This document shows positions 24,514 through 35,338 of a stretch of 42,358 bases of DNA, piece by piece. Position 1 is the stretch's first letter, and each line of letters begins with the position of its first letter. The stretch lies in assembly GCF_001194135.2 (NCBI RefSeq), contig NC_068981.1, forward strand, positions 130,320,709 through 130,363,066, given 5' to 3'. Made by a program: the position numbers and the translations under genes. The DNA comes from Octopus bimaculoides (taxonomy: Eukaryota). Below the pieces are notes generated by a model. It was given only the letters and a program-made list of their open reading frames with translations. It was not told where the DNA came from and did not search any database.

Positions 24514-24832
24514 ATTCCATGTGAACTGGAACAATAAAAAAAACCTGTTCAAAATACAAAGAAGTTGAGGATGATGGTAACACTGATTCGGCCTCCAAGT
24601 CTGATGGCTCTTAACCAAAATTGCTTGAGTATAATGCTGGCATATTACAACAGAACCCGGTTGCTCAAGTGGAAAGTCTTACGAAGGAATTGTTTAGTAA
24701 AACCAAACAAAGCCGAAATCAGAAAAAAGCTCAGAAGGCAATGTTGAAACTTGGTCTTAAATACAAGGAATCACCAAGGTTACTGTATGCAAATCCAAAA
24801 ATATTCTGTTTGTTATCAACTGACCAGATGTG
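24514..24832 (+). pseudogene. NACA: NAC-alpha (nascent polypeptide-associated complex alpha) pseudogene fragment, intronless, 3'-truncated
   Basis: Frame at 24561-24761 reads EVEDDGNTDSASKSDGS*PKLLEY...KELFSKTKQSRNQKKAQKAMLKLGLK. After a frameshift, 24764-24832 reads [22 protein letters not shown]. Human NACA (recalled) is ESDSDESVPELEEQ...[60 protein letters not shown] GAA at 24514 is a possible decayed start (MPGE). Confidence 0.88.
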
Positions 24833-26178
24833 TGTGTGTGTGTGCAACAAGATGTATTTAACAGTAATTTAAATTCAATCTATTATCAACGAGATAATAT
24901 CTAATAGATTTTGAGATCAATGAATATCAGTCTGTTAATTATCTCTGAAGGTTATAACTGTTAAATCAGTTGAACTAATTATTCCTGATTTCTTATGCAA
25001 GCTCACTTATTAGATGAATGTCTGGGCTAGTCTAACAAAAAGTGGAGGGTTAAATACTGCAGATGAGAATTTAGTGGGCAGGACATGGAAAAAAAATTAT
25101 GACAAATTTATGTACTGACAATGCAGCAAGCCATCTCCTTTGCTAAAATGTATAAGCGTAAGGTTTGGGACTCTGTTCATAGGAAGTGTGTGCAAATCCA
25201 CTGTCGGCTTTTTCCTAGTGTTTGGTTAGTATCAGATTAATCTAGATGAACATTGAGCTAGCATCTATTAGTCTTAATACTGAGTTTGGCTGCTGGTTCT
25301 GATTACAGACGCAAAACTTCATCCATATTGAGGAGAGGTAGATGTTATTGGATTATGCTTAACACAACCAAACAAAGACCAGGGTGACAACCGAAAGACA
25401 GAGAAATAAAAATGCTTTTGAGATAAACTGATGCATCAGAATTGGTATTTGACATTACATACAGTACTGTACTATATGAGTACAGTAGATGGTTACATAC
25501 AGTTCAGTCCTATACCTTTCTCATGCCTCATTCTCCTCTCTCTCACACCCTCTCTCCTTATAGATTTTTACTGCAAAGCTATCCAATTAACTACATTTCA
25601 AAAAAGAGAGAAGAAAAAATTGCAATGGATGCAGAATTAATATTTTAAAGACAATAGCTGTTGTTGGACTGTTTCTATGTGCCAAACTTTTATCATTTTG
25701 CTAGCATTGAAACCATGACCAGCCTATTCTCTTTTCTGGCATATTATATCCAGAACTATTTAGTCAAGTATACTCATCCATTTTCAGGTGGTAAATGTCA
25801 TTTGAAGGAGATTCAACTGCTAATTATATCTGGTTGAGCAACTTCATTGAGGTTCCTTTGTTAACTTGTAAAAACAATAGTGAGTTGGTTGAGTGATATT
25901 TAACTGTTTCATTGATCTAGTCAGACAACTTTATTGAAGCTCCTGAGCTGGTTCAGATAAGAAATGTTTTATTGATCTGATGGATGATTTTCTTAGGATG
26001 CAGGTGAGTGAATTAAGTGTTAACCTGAAAACAGTCATATCCAACCAGTTTTTCTTTAATTCCTGCAGATCTATGGTGTTTCATACTCTAATTTCATGAC
26101 CATATTAACCATATTACAGTAGCAGCCTTCTTATCTGGCTTCCAGAAATCCAAGAATACTGTACAACACCATGTAATG

Positions 26179-26392
26179 CAAGGCAGGTGCTGAAAAGTTC
26201 CTGGCTTTGGATAAAAGAAAATACAGGAGGATCAGTTATGATTTTATTCAACATATCCCCCTATCAGATTCACCCACTCATTGCAGTGGTCCTTCAGTTT
26301 TTCTAAGCCCTATAAAAGCACTCGGAAGGTTGGGCCTCTAACCAGGCCTTTCATGATATCCTTAAGGCCAGGAACTTTTCAGCACCCCCTCA
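26179..26392. mobile_element. Mariner-type MITE
   Basis: TIRs ggtgctgaaaagttcctggc / gccaggaacttttcagcacccc, TA at 26393-26394. Confidence 0.88.
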
Positions 26393-26575
26393 TATACTGT
26401 ACTCTTTATTGAGTAAACAAACCCTGTTTTTGAAGTTGGTTATTTTGGATATAGTGTGAATAAAATAGTTATGTTATATATATATATATATATATATACA
26501 CATTTTGTGGGTTAACAAAGGTACCAATGGTCTTCTGCAAGAAAATCTTCCCAACTGTTCAAGCATGCCACATGG

Positions 26576-26705
26576 AAGTTCTTCACAATTGTTCAAGTAT
26601 GCCACATGAAAGTGTTGGTATTCATCTCCATTTTGGATGGAAATACAAAATGGAGATGAGTACCAACACTTTCATGTGGCATACTTGAACAATTGTGAAG
26701 AACTT
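26576..26705. repeat. Near-perfect foldback inverted repeat (60-bp arms, 10-nt loop)
   Basis: 26576-26635 vs 26646-26705, with one mismatch (ggtattcatc vs ggtactcatc). Confidence 0.95.
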
Positions 26706-26804
26706 TTTACATGAAATGCTTGGTAGCTTTATTAACCCATAGATAAAGAATATTTATACATCTATGCAATATTCCGCACTCATTCTCATTGTTCAATATT
26801 AGCA

Positions 26805-26841
<37 letters not shown>

Positions 26842-27235
26842 CTAGTGGTCTGTTCAGCAGCACAACAAGTGTATGTCTGGCTGGAATGATTTGGTTGATT
26901 CTTAGCAGCAAGGTGGTTTAGCTGTGTCATCATCCATTGTTCTTCATGCTATGACCACACTGCTGTTATTGTTGCCATGGTGCCACAAACACTGCAGCAA
27001 TGATTCCAGCTGATTTACAAGAACACTATATGCCAGTGGAAAGAGAATCCTGTTTAGTTCAGTCATGAAACTAAATGACTTCATTTCATTTTGTAGTTAA
27101 ATAAGTTTATAAAATAAAAATAAATAAATAAAACTTAAATGTGCAATTGGAATTCTTTCTTGAAGCAATTGATTAAAGGAAGGCAAGTGATGTGTGTAAA
27201 TGATTAGTTTAATATTTATCTTTTATTTGGTTTTG

Positions 27236-27425
27236 AATTATGTGTGTTTGTGTTTGTGTGATGTGCATGTGTTTATGTATGTGTGTATCATGTATATGTG
27301 TTTGTATCTGTGTATGTGTACACATGTATGTGTATGTATATATGCATTGTGTGTACATGTGTATGTATGTATTTGTGTGTATGTGTATATGTGTGTGTAT
27401 GTAGGTATATGTATTTGTATGTGAG

Positions 27426-27462
<37 letters not shown>
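27236..27462. repeat. (TG/TATG)n compound microsatellite
   Basis: Directly visible. Other tracts: ~22800-22885, ~23955-24108, ~33340-33630, ~42208-42358. Confidence 0.93.
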
Positions 27463-27465
<3 letters not shown>

Positions 27466-27513
27466 CAACAGGGCTAGGATTCAACAGTGTCTTTTTGGAT
27501 TTTTACATCTTTA

Positions 27514-28058
27514 CAAGGAGGTACTGAAACGTTCTTTGCTTTGGGTAAAAGAAAATACAAGAGGATCAGCTACTGTATTTGATGGCCTATAAAACACACG
27601 AGTGCATAAGATGTACCCTAGCCTAGGCTATACTTTTGTAAAATAAATAACCACTAAAATAACATTTTGATTCCTCCACTTACCTGTATAACTTTATGTT
27701 ATTACCAGTAATTATGAGCAATTTATTGCATCCACATTTGATATAAACTCATTGTAGGCGATTGTTCACCAGTAGATGGCAGCACACGTTTTGCAAACAT
27801 ACATACCGTTTTGAGTGAATTTTGAGCCTACATTGAGTGCACTGGATATAGGGGGACTTTTTAAGCTATTTCTGGGTAAAAAGGAGCATCTTATAGGCCA
27901 TCAAAGATGGTAATTATGATTTTATTCAACATATTCCTCTCCCAGGTTCACCCACTTATTGCAGCAGTCCTTCAGTTTTTCTAAGCCTAGTAAAAGAACT
28001 TGCAAGGTTGGGCCTCCAGCCAAGCCTTTCACGAAACCCTTAAAGCCAGGTACTTTTC
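27514..28058. mobile_element. Mariner-type MITE (same family as 26179) split by a nested element
   Basis: The left part (ta-caaggaggtactgaaacgttct...ggatcagc) and the right part (attatgattttattcaacat...aaagccaggtactttt) join to match 26179-26392. Confidence 0.85.
27573..27910. mobile_element. Tc2/pogo-like MITE, TA TSD, nested in mariner MITE
   Basis: TA at 27571-27572 and 27911-27912. TIRs CTGTATTTGATGGCCTATAA / TTATAGGCCATCAAAGATGG. Confidence 0.85.
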
Positions 28059-28059
28059 T

Positions 28060-28222
28060 CTTTATGTTCTGAGTTCAAATTCCACCAAGGTTGTCTTTGC
28101 CTTTCATCCTTTTGGGCTCAATAAAATAATTACCAGTTGAGCACTGGGGGGGGGGGGTCAATGTAATCAACTTATCCCCTCCCCTGAAATTACTGGCCTT
28201 GTGTAAAAATTGGAAGCCATTA
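28060..28222 (+). mobile_element. SINE family B, 5'-truncated
   Basis: gttctgagttcaaattccaccaaggttgtctttgcctttcatccttttgggctcaataaaataattaccagttgagcactgg. Confidence 0.82.
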
Positions 28223-29997
28223 CTTGTTTATTTTTATTTATCCAATCATGTGACACGATTCTATCATGTGACATTTTCCTACTTCCATATTGTTTGTCTT
28301 TTAGCATAAGCCTATTTATCCAGTTGTATGACACCTTATTGACTGTATCAGGTGACGTTTTTTGTACATTGACTAATTTTATGGATTTATTCTTGCCCAC
28401 CTCGTGGCACTTGTTTTTAGTACAGTCTTATTCATTTACACCATGGACAATTGGAATTACAGTTTACCATTTTAAATTTTGTTTTGGAATTATTACAATA
28501 TTTTTCGCTCTTCAAAAAAATCATTATCTGAGCACAATATCATTATTTGTTCCTATATTATAACAGATGATGATGATGATAATGATGGTAGAGGTACAGT
28601 CCATTTGAGTAATCTTCTACACAATTTCCATCTACCTAGTCTTTCATCAATCCAAGTCTTTGGTCAATCACAAGTTTTAGGTCAATCCAAAACTGGAGTA
28701 GAAGATACTTACTTGTCCAAGGTGCAGTGTGATAGGATTGAACCTAGAACCAAATGGGTGTGGACTTCTTAAACTATGTAAGCCAATTGCTTGTATCCAG
28801 TACAAATGCTGTAACAAGTAGAGGGACATTGTGAGAATTTAATGAAGAGAGAAGAGATTTATAATAGCGATCTTTTAAAATCCCCATGATATATTTAAAG
28901 TAAAGAGACAATAAATATTTTTTTGAAATTATTTTGTTGATGTATTTTATACAAACACCCACACATACAAAAAAAAATGAAGAACATGAACAAGAACATG
29001 CTAAAAATATACAGAAATCATGAGAAAGTTGAGATTGTTGAATTAATTACTGAAGCAAATTTATTGAGTGTTTCTGTCAGACTTTTGCAGAGAATTGATT
29101 GGTTCACATCATATGGTTTTTCTAATTCTTGTTTCTTTGTCTGTTGTCAAAAATAGCTTCAGTTATTTTGAGAAAGTTTTGCGTTCAGTGCAGTCTTATT
29201 TTTTTTTTCTTTCTGAAGATGCAGATAATTGGATATCTTTACAGTACAAATGTATGAAGAAAGATAGATAGATAGATAGAGAGAGAGAGTTGTAATCCTC
29301 TACTGTACCTGATGAGATGTCAGTCTCTTAACTTATGGTTGTTACCTTCGCAAACTATTTACATCAGAATTTTCTGAAGTCTGGAGCCAAAGTGAAGGAA
29401 CATGGGTAGTCTTTTGGAAATTTGACAAGAAATCACTTGTATGGAATAAATCTTCGATAGAGTAACATCATGGTAGAGAATAGAAATAAGCTACTTGCCA
29501 TTCTAGTCCAGTAATTTTCAACCTTCTTTTTTGATCCATGGCACAATGAATGAAGGCTCTAAAAATGTCATTGCACTTTTAAAATGTTTTATTATATTGT
29601 TTTTTAAAAAAGAGTATTGAATTAAAATTTTTTTGGTAACAGTGATGGGTTCATGCATTGGACTTTGTACAAAGGAATAGATTTGGACCCATGTGGTGCA
29701 TTAAAAACAATCATTTTTTCCCCTAAATCTTCAGTCATTTTCTGATTTATTTCAAAGAATTTGTGACACACTTGTGGATCATATCTGACACACAATTATA
29801 TGGTTTCACATTGGTTTATAGCCACTGTGCCACAGTTTGTTCTTGACCAATTCTATTTCCCTTCTCTCACTTATCTAATAATGTTCTTGAGAAAAGCATG
29901 AATAATATAAAGTCCCCTTTTTACTCTCCTCTAGATCTTAAATATTGTCTTTGTAAAAGACATCAACAGAAAAGTAACAAATCATTCAAGTTACCAA

Positions 29998-30385
29998 AGG
30001 TGCAGGGATGGCTGTATGGTAAGAAGTTTGCTTCCTAACCACATGATTCTGGGTTCAATCCCACTACATGGCACCTTGTGACTCTAGTCCCTGGTTGACC
30101 AAAACTTTACAAGTGGATTTTATGGATAGAAACTGAAGGAAACTTGTCGTGTGTGTGTGTGTGTGCACGTGTGTGCTCCCCTCTCCCTTCCACTGCTTGA
30201 CAACCGCTATCAGTTTGTTTGTAACCCTGTAACTTAGAAGTTCAGCAAAAAGAGAATCAATGAAATAAGTACCAGAAAATAAATAAATAAATAAACACTT
30301 GGGTTGATTTGTTTGACTAAGCCCTTCAATGAGGTGCCTCAGCATGACCACTAACTGATACAAGTAAAAGATAAATGATAAAAGA
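29998..30385 (+). mobile_element. SINE family A
   Basis: Full length. Head gcagggatggctgtatggtaagaagtttgc, B-box-like ggttcaatccc. Confidence 0.88.
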
Positions 30386-30640
30386 CAGTACCTGGTCAGG
30401 ATTGAAACCTTAGTTGTCATGTCTGTTTGTGTCAAATGTAAATCACATTATAAACTTTGTAAGCATTTTCTTTCATGATTAAGAGGTTAAAAGTGTCAAA
30501 ACCACTTATTCTCATACTCCAAATGATATAAATTAGTGGTTCTCAACCATTTTTTGCCTATGGACCCCACATTGATTCTTATTTTACTCAACTGGAACTC
30601 CATAAACATTCACTGTACATAAAAAAGAATCCTTCTGTAT

Positions 30641-30671
<31 letters not shown>

Positions 30672-30677
<6 letters not shown>

Positions 30678-31244
30678 GTTTTTTCACGCTGACTACTTGA
30701 TAAATTCTTATAAAGATTTTATCCTTACATTATATTATGAATAATTAGAATATATTCAGTGCTGAATATTATTCTGTAAAAGCACATGTTGCTGAAGTGT
30801 AACTTAAAAAGCCTGCCTCTTTCACGGATATATAAGGATAAACAATCGTCTATGTACTCTGTTGAATACATCAGGGTATGTTGATTTTTGTTTATTCTTT
30901 ATGTGTCTTGACCATACGTGTACTGATGAATAAAAGATGCAGCTTACTGCATAGTTTTGGTGTGTTAATTATGAAACCATTGGTTTACCGTTAAGTTAAA
31001 AGTTTTTAGGAGGTTAGTTTTGAAAGTTGCATTCCCTCGCGATCGGTAAAAATGTGCTTATTTTGGTAGTTTTGACTTATTAAGTCCCTCTAAGCGTGAG
31101 GCATTATTGTATAGTAATGCCTTTATATAAATTAAATTATATATATTTATGGAAAAAAATGATGGGGTTTTTTTTTTCCTTATGAGGTTTTTTCACGTTG
31201 ACTACTTGATAAATTCTTATAAAGATTTTATCCTTACATTATAT
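30672..31244 (+). mobile_element. Unclassified insertion: 509-bp unit plus 64-bp repeat of its start, with subterminal hairpin (possibly Helitron/Helentron-like)
   Basis: 30672-30735 = 31181-31244 (63/64). Hairpin AGGCATTA-n8-TAATGCCT at 31099-31122. Flanked by (TA)n. Confidence 0.45.
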
Positions 31245-31258
31245 ATATATAAATATAT

Positions 31259-31400
31259 ACAGTGGCACTCTATTGGTTATGATGATGAGGGTTCCATTGG
31301 TTCCATTTGATCCAATCGACAAAACAGCCTGCTCATGAAATTAACATGCATGTAGCTGAACACTCCACAGACATGTGTACCCTTAACGTAGTTCTCAGGT
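31259..31400 (-). mobile_element. SINE family D 3' fragment
   Basis: Reverse complement of ~37928-38050. Confidence 0.85.
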
Positions 31401-31574
31401 TGTGAGTTTAAATGATAGTTTTTCCATCGCTATCTAGTTACGACAAAATCAGTGTTCTCAGTGATAGTGTATGTGACTCTGTAGTCCAAAGCTGGAAGCA
31501 CACAAGCGCCTGCAGATGCCACAGCCTTGGTTTTTTTACAGGAGTGAGGTGGATGCTGCCCTGTGATGTCTCTG

Positions 31575-31670
31575 TAAGAAAGCCATTCACTGTGTTTTGT
31601 CATGGAGAAAACATCATTAATCTACAGCAAAAAATTTTCTCTGTGACAAAACACACAAATGGCTTTCTTA
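31575..31670. repeat. Imperfect inverted repeat (~36-bp arms)
   Basis: taagaaagccattcactgtgttttgtcatggagaaaa vs the reverse complement of ttttctctgtgacaaaacacacaaatggctttctta. Confidence 0.8.
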
Positions 31671-32069
31671 AGGGTTCAGATATGACCCAAGTATATTTCA
31701 ACTGGTAACCCTGTTTTTAAAAATTTTTTAATATTGTGTGTATTGTAGAAGTATAAACAATTTATTGCACATAAATTTTAACAAAATAGTATAAGGACCC
31801 TCCAAAGGCCATAAGAACCCTGGTTGAGATCCACTGATATAAATAATTCATGCAAATGTTGAAATTTGCATAACTATCCAACCTATACATTTCACAGCAT
31901 TGTTGTGTAGTCTAGAAGTTCACTTGTCAATCAAATAGTTTGGTTTCAGTGTAGTACCATAAGCAAGTGTCTTCTACTATGGCCTTGGGCCATAGTTGAA
32001 GATACTTATGGATGGATTTGGTAGATGGGAACAAAAAGAAAGCTCTGAGTATGTGTGGGTATTGTAAAT

Positions 32070-32475
32070 TGGCATGACTGTGTGACAAAAAGCCTGCTTC
32101 CTAACCATATGGTTCTGGGTTCAGTCCTACTGTGTGGCACCTTGGGTAAGTGTTTTTTACTATAGCCTTGAGCAGACCAAAGCCTTGTGAGTGGATTTGG
32201 TAGATAGAAACTGAAAGAAGCCTGTTGTATATATAACCATATATGTATATATGTTTGTGTGTGTGTATCTTTGTGTCTGTGTTTGTCCCCCCACCAACAC
32301 TTGACAACTGATGTTAGTGTGTTTATGTTCCTGTGACTTAGCAGTTTGGCAAAAGTGACCGATAAAATAAGTACTAGACTTCTAAAGAATAAGTTCTGGG
32401 GTTGATTATTCAACTAAATCCTTTTAAGGCAGTGCTCCAGCATGGCTGCAGTCAAATGACTGAAACAAGTAAAAG
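32070..32475 (+). mobile_element. SINE family A
   Basis: Full length, preceded by a deleted partial copy (~31880-32050). Confidence 0.87.
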
Positions 32476-32599
32476 CGTAACAGTAAATATCTCTTGTCAT
32501 AAAAAAATAATGTCATTTGTTTACAATCTTCTGTGAAAATATGTCCTGTCATTGTGTCATTGAGCTGTCAGTATTCAAATGACTAAGGGGAAATATTGA

Positions 32600-32805
32600 T
32601 CTTAAATTTTGGCACAAAGCCAGCATTTTCGACGGATGGGGTAAGTCAATTACATCAACACTGGTGCTCAACTGGTACTTATTTTATCGACCCTGAAATG
32701 ATGAAAGGTAAAGTTGAGCTTGGTGAAATTTGAACTCAAAATGTAAAGATGGATGAAATGCTGCTAAGCATTTTACCTGGTATGCTAATGATTCTGCCAA
32801 TTCAC
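32600..32805 (-). mobile_element. SINE family B
   Basis: aaattttggcacaaagccagc...actggtacttattttatcgaccctgaaatgatgaaaggtaaagttga...ctaagcatttt. Confidence 0.85.
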
Positions 32806-33393
32806 TACCTTACTAAGGGCAAATATTATGTTGCTTGGAAAGAGGTGATGCGTGGCAACTAGGAGAACATCTTGCTGCAGAAAATCTGCATCAACAAATC
32901 TCATCTGGCCCATGCAAGCATAGAAAAGTGGACATTGAATCAATGATAATAATGATGATGATGTGAAATTAAAAAAAAAAAACAAAGGAATATTTTTGTA
33001 TGTGTGAAAGCCTGTTGTGTATACATGCTCATGTATGCACGCGTGCGTGTCAGAATTAAAATGCATCAGAATTAAAATGAATATGTATGTTATGTGGAGT
33101 TCATCCAGGAAACTAAATGATTTTATTTAATTTTGCAGTGGAATAAATAAATATATAAATAAGTACGTAATTAGAGAAAAAATTGGCAAGTGAAATTGTG
33201 TTTTTGAAGCAGTTATTTTTTAAAAAAAATGACAAACTAAGTTATATGAATGAAAAAAAACAGAAATCTGACTTAAATGATGTAGTAATTTCATTAGTTT
33301 AATATTTGTTGGTATATCTTTTGACTGGTTTTTGTAATTACTTGTATGTGTATGTACACATGTATGTCTGTATGTACATACGTACATACGTAC

Positions 33394-33424
<31 letters not shown>

Positions 33425-34651
33425 TGTATGTATGTATGTATGTATTTATGTATGTGTGTATGTGTGTATATATGTAGACATGCATATATATACATATATA
33501 TATGTATATATATAAATATATACACACACATACACATACACACACACACACATCTGTATGTGTATACACACTCACATGCATGCATATATATATATATACA
33601 TGTATGTGTGTGCATATATGTGTGTGTATGTATTGAGTATATTTTTGCAAGAGGTTTCTTGTGCAACTGTATACTGAAGGAAAAACAAATCCCCGTGGTA
33701 TTTCGGTTGAGTAATAGTTGCCAAATAATAATTAGTCTGTATTAAATAATTGGCAGCTATATTTTGTACCAAAATACAACAGTATTACTCTCCTCTCCAC
33801 CCCTCCTCTTCCTCCACCTCCTCTTCTTCTTTGTCATCGTTGTTTTGCCATAATTGTCATCATCATCATCATCATCATCATCGTCATCGTCGTCTTCGTC
33901 GTCGTCGTCATCATCATCATTGCCATAGTTGCTGTCATCATAGTTTTAGCTTTGCATATTAGCATTCTTCAAAATCTTGTGCTGACATATCTGTGAGAAT
34001 TAAACATCTTTATTCTAACTGCATCACTTCTTTCTAGGAATTTTTTGGTCTTCTTCTGTTGCTAAAGTTACCTTCTATTGTAAACACACATGCACACACG
34101 TATGCACAAAAATGCATACACTCATACACATATAGATACATCCATACCCTGTTTTACATAAATTCTCCTTTGTGGATACGAGATGAATGTTGTTTTTGCC
34201 TATTCAAGCTTTTGGACTGATCAATGAAGAAACCGTACTCTCTATTAAATATTATTTCTGCCACTAACCACTCAATTATAAAGGATTGGCATGGTTATTA
34301 ACCAGTCAAACTATTGAAGCAAGTTAATTAAAACTCGCAAATGAGTTGTTGTCAATAAGATTATAATTTTATGACCTATTAACCTCATCTTGAGGGAGGA
34401 GAATATTTTAAATATTTGGATTTATATTACATTTTGATTGGTTTGATCTTCATATAGAATTCAGTGACTGCAGAGTAGGGGATCAGCAATAGGTTGGCCA
34501 ATGAGATGCTATCTGTGGTCCTTGGACCTTTTCTAAAAATTTTCAAATCTAATGTTTTTGTGAGCCCATGAGCAGGTGATGGCTTTTAGATAGTCTTTTG
34601 TCTCATAATTTGTTTAAAGTTTGCTTACATAAGCATTGTTAGTAACAGAAA

Positions 34652-34869
34652 AGGCGGCGAGCTGGCAGAATCGTTAGCACGCCGGGCGAAATGCCGTTAC
34701 GTTCTGAGTTCAAATTCCGCCAAGGTCGACTTTGCCTTTCATGCTTTCGGGGTCAATAAATTAAGTACCAGTTACGCATTGGGGTCGATGTAATCGACTT
34801 AATCCGTTTGTCTGTCCTTGTTTGTTCCCTCTATGTTTAGCCCCTTGTGGGCAATAAAGAAATAAGAAA
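34652..34869 (+). mobile_element. SINE family B, young CpG-rich copy with alternative 3' tail
   Basis: aaggcggcgagctggcagaatcgttagcacgccgggcgaaatg...gtcgactttgcctttcatgctttcggggtcaataaattaagtaccag...aaagaaataag. Confidence 0.9.
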
Positions 34870-34939
34870 TGGGAAGAATATGCAGGGATATTTTTTATAA
34901 GTTCAAATATGAATTAAAAGCACCTTGAGATATATAAAC

Positions 34940-35233
34940 AAAATTGAACACATATGCACAAGGTATATGTGTTATTAGTTCATGGGTTAGCTGTATTTTA
35001 GGCATAAGAGAATATATTCTCAAAGCGCCTGGTGTTAAAAACACTTGAAAGTAAGTAATAGGCAAGTGATTCTGAGAATGGGACCTGGTATGAGTTGTCT
35101 CACTTGCCTATGACTTACTTTCAGGTGTTTTTAACACCAGGTGCTCAGAGAATATATTCTCTTATACCTAAAATGCAGCCGACCCATGAACTAACAGCAC
35201 ACACGCAGATATTGTGCATATGTGTTCGATTTT
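34940..35233. repeat. Long foldback inverted repeat (~130-bp arms, 30-nt loop)
   Basis: 34940-35069 vs 35100-35233. Each arm contains the perfect palindrome GAGAATATATTCTC. Confidence 0.92.
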
Positions 35234-35338
35234 AATTTTATAAGTAAGATATGATATAATAAGCATGTAGGTTGTAGACAAATGAAAAAGTCAAAAGTGA
35301 GCTAGTGTATAAAAAGTCATCAATTACATGCTTTAGAG

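Larger units (their letters stand above)
30534..31836. mobile_element. hAT-type MITE (same family as 23128) expanded by nested insertions
   Basis: Perfect 8-bp TSD ATATAAAT at 30526-30533 and 31837-31844. TIRs TAGTGGTTCTCAACC / GGTTGAGATCCACTG. Confidence 0.9.

Noticed and set aside
26835-27135. 3'-UTR-like unique segment ending in an AATAAA cluster
   Set aside because: No associated coding exon was found on either strand, and AATAAA is expected by chance in an A-rich tract.
28977-29156. 59-aa ORF MKNMNKNMLKIYRNHEKVEIVELITEANLL...
   Set aside because: There is no recognisable similarity or splice signal, and the length is within chance expectation.
29509-29827. Additional hAT-like MITE (CAGTAATTTTCAACC ... 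ATAGCCACTG)
   Set aside because: The TIRs are very degraded and the flanks do not form an 8-bp TSD, so it is not listed as supported.
33750-33962. Poly-His/Arg/Ser ORF
   Set aside because: It is a (CAT)n/(CGT)n/(CCT)n low-complexity tract with no splice or homology support.
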